A DNA stretch of 64,000 nt from the NCBI GenBank assembly GCA_045121635.1, contig JBGVGJ010000058.1, positions 48,294-112,293 on the forward strand. The letters are read 5' to 3'. Every line of letters begins with the position of its first letter. The first letter of the stretch is position 1. The translations under genes and the position numbers were made by a program. This document shows, piece by piece, positions 38,557 through 50,194 of this stretch. Under the pieces are notes generated by a model that saw only the letters and a program-made list of their open reading frames with translations, was not told where the DNA came from and did no database searches. Source of the stretch: Alloprevotella sp. GTDB lineage: Bacteria > Bacteroidota > Bacteroidia > Bacteroidales > Bacteroidaceae.

Positions 38557-38766
38557 AACTACCGCATCACTAATCTAATACATAATACATTAAGGGCTGC
38601 ACCGAATAATGAAATTGGCGCAGCCCTTGGTATGTCAGAGGGGTGGAGATTATGACGGATACAGTAGGGACGCACGGCGCGTGCGTCCTAATCCGAACTC
38701 TCTGAATATATTACAATGCTTCCCATTTGAGGACGCACGAACCGTACGTCCCTACTTATCAAGTGT

Positions 38767-39225
38767 TTACCCCACCCTTCTCAACAACTCCCCACAAGCA
38801 TCTTCAAGCAGGGTCACTACAAGTTCAAAGGCTTCGGGACCGTCGTAATAAGGGTCGGGAATGTAGGAGTAATTGTGCTCCGTGAGGTAATCCGCCATGC
38901 GCACGACCTTTTGCTTTGCCTCTTCCGAGAGGGCGGCGTTATGAAGTTGGCGCACGTTGTTGTCGTCCATCGCCACGATAAGGTCGAAGCGCGTGAAATC
39001 TTCCTTACGCACAGGGCGCGAACGGTGTGTGAGGTGATACCCACGGCGCTGGGCGCAAGCACGCATACGGCTATCGGCCAATTCGCCTTCGTGATAGTCA
39101 ATCATGCCCGCCGAATCAACCGTAAACTGGTTGCCCACACCTGCTCGATTGGCAAGCGTGCGAAAGACTTCTTCCGCCGTGACGGAGCGACAGATGTTGC
39201 CGAGGCATACGAAGAGGATGTTCAT
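38767..39225 (-). CDS. low-molecular-weight protein-tyrosine phosphatase (ArsC/LMW-PTP fold)
   Basis: MNILFVCLGNICRSVTAEEVF carries the CX5R P-loop. The start was chosen at that Met. Confidence 0.8.
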   Translation of the reverse strand: MNILFVCLGNICRSVTAEEVFRTLANRAGVGNQFTVDSAGMIDYHEGELADSRMRACAQRRGYHLTHRSRPVRKEDFTRFDLIVAMDDNNVRQLHNAALSEEAKQKVVRMADYLTEHNYSYIPDPYYDGPEAFELVVTLLEDACGELLRRVG

Positions 39226-39300
39226 TGGGTGAAGGTTATGAGGGGATGAGTTTTGCCGTTCGTTTTTTTCGCAACACACAGAAAACCATTCGTATTGGGG

Positions 39301-39732
39301 TTATCCAATACTTACAGAAACGCTATCTCCGTGTTGTAATTCTTCATTGATATAATCTGTAGGATTTTCTTTTGGGAATGTCACAATAGTACCTACATTT
39401 ATTGTGGTTGTTCCATTTTTCATTGTGATAACACAAACTGAAGCACTACCTTCACCTTTAACGAACGGGATTTGTGTACTCTTTTCGTTTATTGCTACAA
39501 CAAAGTTTGAAGGAGGGCTATCAGCCTCTTTGGAAGAAGACAAACGTGAAATACCAAAACTATCAGGAGTGTGGATGATGATATTTATCATATCCCCTAC
39601 ACGGCAAAGGATGTCGCGACGAGATTTATTTTTTGTAAATACATTGAGAAATGTACCTTCTTTATTATTACAAATAGTAACACCCCCTACGCTTCCTTCG
39701 GGTATGTAAAATGTGTCTTCCATCTCAATCAC
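39301..39732 (-). CDS. orphan hypothetical protein in a low-GC insertion at the 3' end of trmD
   Basis: GC roughly 32% against roughly 55% for the adjacent trmD. It starts 3 nt after the trmD stop. No signal peptide and no recognisable domain. Confidence 0.55.
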   Translation of the reverse strand: MIEMEDTFYIPEGSVGGVTICNNKEGTFLNVFTKNKSRRDILCRVGDMINIIIHTPDSFGISRLSSSKEADSPPSNFVVAINEKSTQIPFVKGEGSASVCVITMKNGTTTINVGTIVTFPKENPTDYINEELQHGDSVSVSIG

Positions 39733-39735
39733 TAT

Positions 39736-40410
39736 TTACTCCAATAAATCTGGACGCAAGCGCTTGGTGCGCTCCAAGGATTGTTGCAATTCCCACTCCT
39801 TAATCTTTGCCTCGTGCCCCGAGAGGAGCACGTCGGGCACGCGCCACCCTTTATATTCCGCGGGACGGGTGTAAACGGGTGCGGCAAGGAGGTTGTCCTG
39901 GAAGGAGTCGGAAAGGGCGCTCTGTTCGTCGCCAATCACTCCGGGAATGAGGCGCACGATGCTGTCCGTCATCACCGCCGCCGCCAATTCGCCACCCGTG
40001 AGGACATAGTCGCCGATGGACACTTCCTTCGTAATCAGGTGCTCACGAATGCGGTAATCCACGCCCTTGTAGTGGCCACAAAGGATGATGATGTTCTTCT
40101 TCATCGAGAGCGTGTTGGCCATGGGTTGGTTGAACTGCTCACCGTCGGGCGAGGTGAAGATAATCTCGTCGTACTCACGCTCCGCCTTGAGCGCCGCAAT
40201 GCAATCATCAATGGGTTGACACTGCATCACCATGCCCGCAAATCCGCCAAAGGGATAGTCGTCCACACGGCGGTGCTTGTCCTTGGTGTAGTCGCGAAGG
40301 TTGTGAACATAGATCTCCACAAGCCCCTTCTTCTGTGCGCGACCAAGGATGGAGAGGTTCATAAAGTCGTGCAACATCTCGGGCACAACGGTGATGATAT
40401 CGATACGCAT
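39736..40410 (-). CDS. trmD: tRNA (guanine37-N1)-methyltransferase
   Basis: [41 protein letters not shown] is the classic TrmD N-terminus. SPOUT fold length. Confidence 0.9.
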   Translation of the reverse strand: MRIDIITVVPEMLHDFMNLSILGRAQKKGLVEIYVHNLRDYTKDKHRRVDDYPFGGFAGMVMQCQPIDDCIAALKAEREYDEIIFTSPDGEQFNQPMANTLSMKKNIIILCGHYKGVDYRIREHLITKEVSIGDYVLTGGELAAAVMTDSIVRLIPGVIGDEQSALSDSFQDNLLAAPVYTRPAEYKGWRVPDVLLSGHEAKIKEWELQQSLERTKRLRPDLLE

Positions 40411-40437
40411 AGTTTTTTTCTATAAAGATGGTTCTAA

Positions 40438-42525
<2,088 letters not shown>

Positions 42526-42685
42526 GGGGAAAGGCAGGGCAAAATGTCATTGCGAAAGCGTAAGCCCGAAGAATGAATGCAGAATGTAAGAAAAATTCTC
42601 AAACTTTTTAACTTTCGCACATCTGAATTGCAGAAAATCCTTAAATTTGCAAACTGAAATTCCTAACACAAAGTCTAACTACATA

Positions 42686-43561
42686 ATGAGACAAAATATC
42701 TTCAAGGGCCTCGGCGTAGCAGTTGTCACTCCCTTCATGGAGGACGGTAGCGTAGATTTCGAAGCCCTCGCTCGACTTATAGACAACCAATTGGAAGGAG
42801 GCATTGACTTCTTCTGTGTGCTCGGCACAACGGCCGAAACGCCCACGCTCAACATGGAAGAGCGCCGTGCCATCACCCGCTTCTTTATTGATCGTGTAGC
42901 GGGCAGAGTACCCCTTCTGCTCGGTGCTGGTGGCAATGACACACGCAAGGTCATTGAAGGGCTCAAGGATATCCCCGAAGGCATTGACGGATTGCTCATC
43001 GTAGCGCCCTATTACAATAAGCCCTCACAAGAAGGACTCTATCAGCACTACAAGGCCGTAGCATCAGCCACCGACCTTCCCGTGGTGGTTTATAACGTAC
43101 CCGGAAGAACGGGCGTAAACATCACCGCCGAAACCACCCTCCGCATCGCTCGCGATTGTCCCAATGTCATTGCTACGAAGGAAGCATCGGGCAACATCGG
43201 GCAGATTGAAGAAATCATCGTTGGCGCACCCGAAGGTTTTGAAGTGTTGAGTGGCGACGACGGCATTGCATTCGAACTCATGAGCGCAGGAGCAACAGGT
43301 GCCATCACCGTAATCGGTAACTCCCACCCCCGCGAATTTGCCGAAATGATTCACGCCATCCAAGCTGGCGACCTTCAAAAGGCACAAACCATCCACCATA
43401 GTTTCAACGACTATTACAAACTCCTCTTCGTGGACGGCAACCCTTCAGGCGTGAAGTGCACCCTCGCCCTCCAGGGCACCATCAAAAACGTACTCCGCCT
43501 CCCCTTGGTACCTGCCCGCAAAGAAACGGAAGCAAAGATTGCCGGGTTTTTGAAGTCATAA
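42686..43561 (+). CDS. dapA: 4-hydroxy-tetrahydrodipicolinate synthase
   Basis: GVAVVTPF, VLGTTAETPTLNMEER and the active-site Lys region (ATKEASG) match DapA. Confidence 0.85.
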   Translation: MRQNIFKGLGVAVVTPFMEDGSVDFEALARLIDNQLEGGIDFFCVLGTTAETPTLNMEERRAITRFFIDRVAGRVPLLLGAGGNDTRKVIEGLKDIPEGIDGLLIVAPYYNKPSQEGLYQHYKAVASATDLPVVVYNVPGRTGVNITAETTLRIARDCPNVIATKEASGNIGQIEEIIVGAPEGFEVLSGDDGIAFELMSAGATGAITVIGNSHPREFAEMIHAIQAGDLQKAQTIHHSFNDYYKLLFVDGNPSGVKCTLALQGTIKNVLRLPLVPARKETEAKIAGFLKS

Positions 43562-43637
43562 GATTTAAGCAATCAAGAATATCTAGAGTGTCTAGAATAT
43601 CTATAGCATCTATTGAAATCAAAAAAATCCCCCAAGC

Positions 43638-43682
43638 AAAAAAGAGAATGCACTCCCAACGGAAATGCATTCTCTTTTTTAT
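43638..43682. terminator. bidirectional terminator between convergent dapA and pheS
   Basis: aaaaagagaatgcactcccaacggaaatgcattctctttttt is a hairpin flanked by A-run and T-run. Confidence 0.6.
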
Positions 43683-43699
43683 ATGTGTAACTTTCGCTA

Positions 43700-44719
43700 T
43701 TAGTTTGCCGACATAAAGTTTTCGAGGAAGCGGGTGTCGTTTTCGGAGAAGAGGCGGAGGTCCTTCACTTGGTACTTCAAGTTTGTGATGCGCTCTACAC
43801 CCATACCGAAGGCGTAACCCTTATACTTCTTGCTATCAATGCCGTTTGCTTCAAGCACATTGGGGTCTACCATGCCGCATCCGAGGATTTCTACCCAACC
43901 CGTGTGCTTACAGAATCCACAACCCGTACCGCCACAGATGTTACATGAGATGTCCATTTCCGCCGAGGGTTCAGTGAAGGGGAAGTATGAGGGGCGGAGG
44001 CGAATCTTAGTGTCGGCGCCAAACATTTCGCGAGCAAAAGTGAGGAGCACCTGCTTGAGGTCGGTGAACGAAACGTCTTCGTCGATGTAAAGACCTTCTA
44101 CCTGATGGAAGAAGCAGTGTGCGCGCGCAGAGATGGCTTCATTACGGTACACACGTCCGGGGCAAATTACGCGGATGGGAGGCTGTGACTGCTCCATTAC
44201 GCGGCTCTGCACAGAGCTGGTGTGCGTGCGGAGGATGATGTCGGGGCGCGCTTCGATGAAGAAGGTGTCCTGCATGTCGCGTGCGGGGTGATCATCGGCA
44301 AAGTTCATCGAACCAAACACGTGCCAGTCGTCTTCCACTTCAGGACCCTCCGCCATAGCGAAACCGAGGCGTGCGAAGATGTCAATGATTTCGCGCTTCG
44401 TGAGCGAAAGGGGGTGGCGTGTGCCGAGTTTCACGGGATATGCCGTGCGCGTAAGGTCGAGGTCTGAAAGGTCGTCCTCAGAAGTAGCGATATTGAGGCG
44501 AAGCTCTGCCAACTTCTCTTGAAGCGCCGTCTTAAGTTCGTTGATGCGCATACCCACTTCGCGCTTCTGTTCGCCAGGAACGTTGCGGAAGTCTGCCATG
44601 AGGTCGTTCAAAAGACCCTTCTTCGAAAGATATTTAATACGGAGCGCTTCGAGTTCCTTCTCATCAGCTGCGCTCAAAGTTTGGATTTCACCGAGTAAAT
44701 TTGAAATGCGTTCTAACAT
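43700..44719 (-). CDS. pheS: phenylalanine--tRNA ligase alpha subunit
   Basis: Class II motifs (FPFTEPSAEMDI..., GWVEILGCGMVDPNV). 339 aa. Confidence 0.9.
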   Translation of the reverse strand: MLERISNLLGEIQTLSAADEKELEALRIKYLSKKGLLNDLMADFRNVPGEQKREVGMRINELKTALQEKLAELRLNIATSEDDLSDLDLTRTAYPVKLGTRHPLSLTKREIIDIFARLGFAMAEGPEVEDDWHVFGSMNFADDHPARDMQDTFFIEARPDIILRTHTSSVQSRVMEQSQPPIRVICPGRVYRNEAISARAHCFFHQVEGLYIDEDVSFTDLKQVLLTFAREMFGADTKIRLRPSYFPFTEPSAEMDISCNICGGTGCGFCKHTGWVEILGCGMVDPNVLEANGIDSKKYKGYAFGMGVERITNLKYQVKDLRLFSENDTRFLENFMSAN

Positions 44720-44737
44720 AGTTAATTGAGGTAATAG

Positions 44738-44870
44738 GTCGTGAGGTTTTAAGGTTTTAAGGTCGCTTTGCTATGAGGGTTTGAGGCTATTCTCCGCAAG
44801 GTCCTTACGACCTGACAACCTCATAACCTGATAACCTTAACCATACGAACCTCAAACCCTTGTTGAGATT
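44738..44870. repeat. family-1 repeat, copy G (divergent region between pheS and the 44965 gene)
   Basis: gtgaggttttaaggttttaaggtcgctttgctatgagggtttgaggctattctccgcaaggtcc...caacctcataacctgataacc. It is homologous, in inverted orientation, to copy H. Confidence 0.6.
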
Positions 44871-44964
44871 TTCGTGCAAAGTTAGGTATTTTATTTGAGA
44901 AAGGTCGGTAAGTTTCGGAGAAAAAGGTGTAAATTTGCTTCTTGTAACTACTCAAAATTAACGG

Positions 44965-45786
44965 ATGAAAAGAAGTTTGTGGTTGGGGTTGCTCTTAATG
45001 ACCATTTTTACGGCGTGTCGAAAGGCGCCCGTAGAGGAAAAGCGCCCCTCTATCAACATAGATTCTGTGCTTGCCCTACCGCCCGACACGTTGGAGTGGG
45101 AAGAACTTGAGATTCCCTCGGGTGCCGATGGGTTGTTTGACGACTTCATGTTCAACTTCGTGCGCAATAGCCGCTTCCAGGAGGAGCGCATTACCTTCCC
45201 CCTACCCGTACAGAATGGCAGGGAGATGAGCACCATTGAGCGCGAGGAGTGGACCTTCGACCGCTTGGAAGTGCTTGAAGAGGTCAACACGATGATTTTC
45301 GACGAGGAGGCAGACATGACTTGTGCCCAAGACACGAGCGTAAACGAGGTGAAGGTGGAGTTCATCTTCTTCCATTGTGATAGTGTGAAGCAGTATGTCT
45401 TCAAGCGCTTGGAAGGTCGCTGGAAACTCACGGGACTTAATTGGCAATCGTTTAAGCGCCATGCCAACGGTGAGTTCTACACCTTCTACAAGCAATTTGC
45501 CACCGACTCCGTCTTCCAGCGCAAGCGCATTCGCAATCCTTATGTGTTTAAGACCTACGACGAATACAGCAACGAGGAAGTCTTTGGCGACGTTTCGGCG
45601 GATACGTGGTGGGATTACTCCCCCGAATTGCCCAAGGAGATGCTCACAAACATCAACTACGGACAGTGCCGACGCGACTCCCACGAGCGCTACTTGGTCA
45701 TCACAAGCCCCTCAACAGGCATCTCATCAACCCTCAAATTTCGCTTGATTAAGTGGCAATGGAAGTTGGTGCAATTGGAAAACTGA
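44965..45786 (+). CDS. hypothetical lipoprotein
   Basis: Lipobox LLMTIFTACRK. 273 aa with no recognisable catalytic motif. Confidence 0.55.
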   Translation: MKRSLWLGLLLMTIFTACRKAPVEEKRPSINIDSVLALPPDTLEWEELEIPSGADGLFDDFMFNFVRNSRFQEERITFPLPVQNGREMSTIEREEWTFDRLEVLEEVNTMIFDEEADMTCAQDTSVNEVKVEFIFFHCDSVKQYVFKRLEGRWKLTGLNWQSFKRHANGEFYTFYKQFATDSVFQRKRIRNPYVFKTYDEYSNEEVFGDVSADTWWDYSPELPKEMLTNINYGQCRRDSHERYLVITSPSTGISSTLKFRLIKWQWKLVQLEN

Positions 45787-45790
45787 TTTG

Positions 45791-45886
45791 TAAAGGAGAA
45801 AGGAAAAAGGAGAAAGGAGAAAGACCATGTTGAACTTAAGTGCGCCAGCTACTTTCTCATTTCTCATTTCTCATTTCTCATTTCCC
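45791..45886. repeat. family-3 palindromic element, copy 2
   Basis: aaggagaaaggaaaaaggagaaaggagaaagaccatg...gtgcgccagctactttctcatttctcatttctcatttctcatttcc. It sits between the lipoprotein stop and the probable murB start. Confidence 0.6.
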
Positions 45887-45890
45887 TCCT

Positions 45891-46898
45891 ATGTTTATCA
45901 AAGAAAATTACTCACTCCTCCCCCATAACACCTTTGGCATTGACGCCAAGTGTAAGCGCTTCGTGGAATACTCCAGCGAGGCGGAATTGCAAGAATTTCT
46001 CCGCTCACGCGATGCTGAAGAACCCCTTCTGCACATCGGTGAGGGGAGTAATCTCGTTTTTACAAAGGACTTCGACGGCACCATTCTTCACTCCGCCATC
46101 AAGGGCAAGCAGGCATTTGCAGGTCCCGACATGGTGATGCTCATTGTGGGCGCGGGTGAAAACTGGGACGATCTCGTGGCGTGGTGCGTAGAACAGGGGT
46201 ATCACGGCCTTGAAAACCTCTCGCTCATCCCTGGTGAAGTGGGTGCGGCGGCGGTGCAAAACATCGGCGCGTACGGCGTAGAAATTGCTGATTTCGTGGC
46301 GAATGTAGAGACCATCAACCTCGAAACGGGCGTTCACGAATTCTTTAGCGACAGCGCTTGCAAATACGGTTATCGCGAGAGCGTGTTCAAGAAGGAAGGC
46401 AAGGGTGCGTACGCCATTACCCGCGTGCATTTGCGCCTCAACCGCACATTCACACCGAAGTGTGCCTACGGCACCATTGAGCAAGAACTCGCCAAGCGCG
46501 GTATCACGACTCCTACCGCATCACAACTCCGCCAAGTCATCATCGACATCCGCAACGCGAAACTCCCCGACCCCAAAGAAGTGGGAAGTGCGGGTTCCTT
46601 CTTCATGAATCCCGTAGTGAGCGAGGCGGAATTTGAGCGCCTCAAAGCCTCCAACCCCGACATACCCAACTACCCCCAAGCAGAGGGCATAAAAATCCCC
46701 GCAGGGTGGCTCATTGAGCAGTGCGGATGGAAGGGCAAATCGCTCGGTAGAGCAGGCGTGTATGAAAAACAAGCCCTCGTGCTCGTCAATCGCGGTGGTG
46801 CAACGGGCGTTGAAGTAGCGACGCTTGCAAACACCATCGTAGCAGATGTGCGCCAAAAGTTTGGCATCACAATTACGCCGGAGGCAAATATTATTTAG
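45891..46898 (+). CDS. murB: UDP-N-acetylenolpyruvoylglucosamine reductase
   Basis: FAD-binding GEGSNLVF.. plus the C-terminal MurB domain (GSAGSFFMNP, GWLIEQCG). The start was chosen at MFIKENYSLL because the upstream in-frame Met is encoded by the family-3 repeat. Confidence 0.85.
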   Translation: MFIKENYSLLPHNTFGIDAKCKRFVEYSSEAELQEFLRSRDAEEPLLHIGEGSNLVFTKDFDGTILHSAIKGKQAFAGPDMVMLIVGAGENWDDLVAWCVEQGYHGLENLSLIPGEVGAAAVQNIGAYGVEIADFVANVETINLETGVHEFFSDSACKYGYRESVFKKEGKGAYAITRVHLRLNRTFTPKCAYGTIEQELAKRGITTPTASQLRQVIIDIRNAKLPDPKEVGSAGSFFMNPVVSEAEFERLKASNPDIPNYPQAEGIKIPAGWLIEQCGWKGKSLGRAGVYEKQALVLVNRGGATGVEVATLANTIVADVRQKFGITITPEANII

Positions 46899-47044
46899 TG
46901 AGGTTATTAGGTTTTAAGGTTTTAAGGACCTTGCGGAGAATACTCATAAACTTACAACCTCAAAGCAAAGCGACCTCACAACCTCAAACCTCATAACCTT
47001 ACAACCTCAAAGCGAAGCGACCTCACAACCTCATAACCTCATTT
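46899..47044. repeat. family-1 repeat, copy H (longest copy)
   Basis: gtgaggttattaggttttaaggttttaaggaccttgcggagaatactcataaacttacaacctcaaagcaaagcgacctcacaacctcaaacctcataaccttacaacctcaaagcgaagcgacctcacaacctcataacctcatttccc, ending at the 47048 ATG. Confidence 0.65.
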
Positions 47045-47047
47045 CCC

Positions 47048-47881
47048 ATGCGCCTTACCATCCTCGGCACCGGCACCAGTACGGGTGTGCCTCAAGTAGG
47101 TTGCACATGCCCTGTGTGCACCTCTTCTGACCCTCGCGATAAGCGCTTGCGCTGTTCTGCCCTCTTGGAAGGCGACAATGGCGAGTGCATCCTGATTGAT
47201 TGTAGTGCGGACTTCCGCCAACAAGTATTGAACTTTCAAGCCCTTCACCCTGCGACGCTCCGCGAAGTGGGAAGTGGCGACCCTGATAATCCTCACCACT
47301 TGCGCCTCTTCCCCATTGACGCCTTGCTCATCACGCATGAGCATGCCGACCACACGGCGGGAATTGACGATTTGCGCCCCTTCCAAGTGTTTGGAGACGT
47401 GTGTATTTACGCCGAAGAGATGGTGGCAAACAACTTACGCCAACGCCTCCCCTATTGTTTCCGAACGAACAAATATCCAGGAGTGCCCAGCATCGAACTT
47501 CGCCACATTCGCCCGCATGAGGAACTAACGATTGGAGGCATAAGTATTCTCCCCCTCCGCGTGATGCACGGCAATTTGCCCATCCTTGGTTTTATCTTCA
47601 ACAACCGCCTGGCGTACATCACCGACATGAAGTCTATCCCCGAAGAGGATGAAACACTTCTCCAGGGTATTGACACCCTCATCGTTAACGGACTTCGCGT
47701 ACAACCGCATAACACTCACCAATCTATCTCCGAGGCGGTTGCCTTCGCCCAACGCGTTGGAGCGCGCCAAACGTGGCTCACGCATTTCTCACATTCAGCA
47801 GGTCTTCACGCCGAAAGTGCGCAACTCTTGCCCGAGAATGTGGCATTTGCCTACGACAATCTTGATATTTTCATTCACTAA
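47048..47881 (+). CDS. MBL-fold metallo-hydrolase (PhnP/ElaC-like)
   Basis: HEHADH metal-binding motif and LGTGTSTGVP N-terminus. Confidence 0.7.
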   Translation: MRLTILGTGTSTGVPQVGCTCPVCTSSDPRDKRLRCSALLEGDNGECILIDCSADFRQQVLNFQALHPATLREVGSGDPDNPHHLRLFPIDALLITHEHADHTAGIDDLRPFQVFGDVCIYAEEMVANNLRQRLPYCFRTNKYPGVPSIELRHIRPHEELTIGGISILPLRVMHGNLPILGFIFNNRLAYITDMKSIPEEDETLLQGIDTLIVNGLRVQPHNTHQSISEAVAFAQRVGARQTWLTHFSHSAGLHAESAQLLPENVAFAYDNLDIFIH

Positions 47882-47914
47882 CTCCTATAGATTATTCACA
47901 TACTCCATATAGAT

Positions 47915-49333
47915 ATGGCTCGTAAAAAGAAAGAACTCCCCCTTCTCGAGAATATTCTCATCACCGACGTTGCCGCCGAAGGAAAGGCTATTGCTAAGGT
48001 GGACAACCTTGTAATTTTTGTGCCCTACGTAGTACCTGGCGACATCGTTGACCTCCAAATCAAGCGTAAGAAGCATAGTTATGCCGAGGCAGAGGCGGTG
48101 AAATTCCACAAACTCTCTGACCAGCGCGTGGCTCCCGTATGTCAGCACTTCGGTGTGTGCGGCGGTTGCAAGTGGCAATGCTTGGCGTATGAGCATCAGT
48201 TGGCTTACAAGCAAAAGCAAGTGGTGGACAACCTCACACGTATCGGAAAAATTGAACTCCCCGAGATTTCGCCCATCCTTGGGAGCAAGGACACTTACGG
48301 TTACCGCAACAAGTTGGAGTTTGGTTTCTCTAACAAGAAATGGTTGACCCTCGAGCAGGTGAAATCTGGCGTTAAGTTCGACAACATGAACGCCGTTGGT
48401 TTCCACATCACTGGGGCGTTTGACAAGATTCTCGACATCGAGAAGTGCCATCTCATGGACGACATCAACAATCGCCTTCGCAATGGCATTCGTGACTATG
48501 CCTTCGAACACGGTCTCACCTTCTTCGACCTTCGCAACCAAGGCGGACTCCTCCGTAACATGATGTTGCGCAACTCTGCCACGGGCGAACTCATGCTCGT
48601 CATGCAATTCCACTACACCACCCGCGAGGAAGAAGCACAAGCCATGCAACTCCTTGAGCACATCAAGCAAAACTTCCCCGAAGTGACTTCCTTGCTATAC
48701 GTCAACAATTTGAAGTGTAACGACACGATTGGCGACCTCGACATTAAGACCTATCACGGCACGGATTTCATCTACGAAGTGATGGAGGACTTGAAGTTTA
48801 AAGTAGGTCCCAAGAGTTTCTACCAAACCAACACCGAGCAAGCCTACGAACTCTATAAAGTGGCACGCGACTTTGCCGGATTAACGGGCGAAGAACTCGT
48901 TTACGACCTTTATACGGGTACGGGCACCATTGCTAACTTCGTAGCGAAGAAGGCCAAGAAAGTCATTGGTATTGAGTACGTTCCCGAAGCTATAGAAGAC
49001 GCTAAGGTTAACGCTCAAATCAATAATTTGGACAACACTCTTTTCTTCGCGGGCGACATGAAGGACATCCTCAACCGCGAGTTTATTGAAACTTACGGCC
49101 GTCCTGAAGTCATCATCACCGACCCTCCCCGCGCAGGCATGCACCAAGATGTAATTGACACCATCCTTTTTGCACACCCCAAGCGCATTGTCTATGTAAG
49201 TTGTAACCCCGCCACTCAAGCGCGCGACCTCCAACTCCTCGACACCCATTACCGCGTCGTTAAGGTGCAACCCGTGGATATGTTCCCCCAGACGCACCAC
49301 GTTGAAAACGTAGTGCTATTAGAAGTGAGATAA
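47915..49333 (+). CDS. rlmD: 23S rRNA (uracil-C5)-methyltransferase RlmD/RumA
   Basis: TRAM domain, a 4Fe-4S cluster Cys (CQHFGVCGGCKWQ) and the MTase DLYTGTGTI and DPPRAG motifs. Confidence 0.85.
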   Translation: MARKKKELPLLENILITDVAAEGKAIAKVDNLVIFVPYVVPGDIVDLQIKRKKHSYAEAEAVKFHKLSDQRVAPVCQHFGVCGGCKWQCLAYEHQLAYKQKQVVDNLTRIGKIELPEISPILGSKDTYGYRNKLEFGFSNKKWLTLEQVKSGVKFDNMNAVGFHITGAFDKILDIEKCHLMDDINNRLRNGIRDYAFEHGLTFFDLRNQGGLLRNMMLRNSATGELMLVMQFHYTTREEEAQAMQLLEHIKQNFPEVTSLLYVNNLKCNDTIGDLDIKTYHGTDFIYEVMEDLKFKVGPKSFYQTNTEQAYELYKVARDFAGLTGEELVYDLYTGTGTIANFVAKKAKKVIGIEYVPEAIEDAKVNAQINNLDNTLFFAGDMKDILNREFIETYGRPEVIITDPPRAGMHQDVIDTILFAHPKRIVYVSCNPATQARDLQLLDTHYRVVKVQPVDMFPQTHHVENVVLLEVR

Positions 49334-49418
49334 CCCCACAAGTTACAACAAGGCGTTAATCTAAATGTCCCGTAAGTTGCGACGGCGTCGCAACTTACTC
49401 ACCCTAATTCTCCCCCCC

Positions 49419-50108
49419 ATGCTCCGCCGCCACAATCCCATCCTCCGCCAGCGCCTCCTGCAACCTTTGCAAGCGGGCGACATCAAGGGTTTGCAAGACA
49501 TTCTTGCAAACCTCAAGAGCATGGACTTCAAGACGGCAGGATTCTTGCTTGCCGAGGACTTACTTCCCTCCCTCAACGAGACTTTGTTTTGGGAATGCTT
49601 CACAACCATCGTGCCCACAAACCCAAAAGCCTACTTGGGTACCTTCCTTAAAGGCGCGATAGCCTTGCACCGTCAAGGATCACTCACACTCACCCACGAG
49701 GCACTGAGCACGTATGCCCAATCGGGCATCTCTACCATTGATTGCCGCAAGGTACTTGAAGCATTACTTCCCCTCGCTCGTAAGCATGAGGAAATAACCT
49801 TCCTGTTGCAACACTTCACGGCTGACGTGCAACAACGCATTGCGCTCTTATTACGCATCACCACCCTCCCTGCCGCCTACGCTCTGTTCCAAGAAATGAA
49901 GACCGAAGAAGAAGACGCCTCCCTACTCCGCTCGACCTGCCTCGCACTCATGAAACGCGGAGACGCTCTGGCTTTCCGCTTGGCAAGCATCTGTACGTCC
50001 TACTTTGGATTGGAAGAACTCCCAGGCACCTTCTCACTCACGCTTCAACCTTACGAACTTTCGCGACTTGACCAAAGTTATGAGACCTTCAAGGCGTGCT
50101 TTGATTAA
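49419..50108 (+). CDS. hypothetical all-alpha protein
   Basis: Clean ORF. The upstream in-frame ATG at 49365 lies inside a perfect 13-bp palindrome, so the start was moved to MLRRHNPILRQ. Confidence 0.5.
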   Translation: MLRRHNPILRQRLLQPLQAGDIKGLQDILANLKSMDFKTAGFLLAEDLLPSLNETLFWECFTTIVPTNPKAYLGTFLKGAIALHRQGSLTLTHEALSTYAQSGISTIDCRKVLEALLPLARKHEEITFLLQHFTADVQQRIALLLRITTLPAAYALFQEMKTEEEDASLLRSTCLALMKRGDALAFRLASICTSYFGLEELPGTFSLTLQPYELSRLDQSYETFKACFD

Positions 50109-50194
50109 AACTTAATCCATTACAATTAAAATTAGGTCCCTTATAATTTTAATTAGGTCCCTTATAATTCTGACTAATTCCCATACGATCAGCA

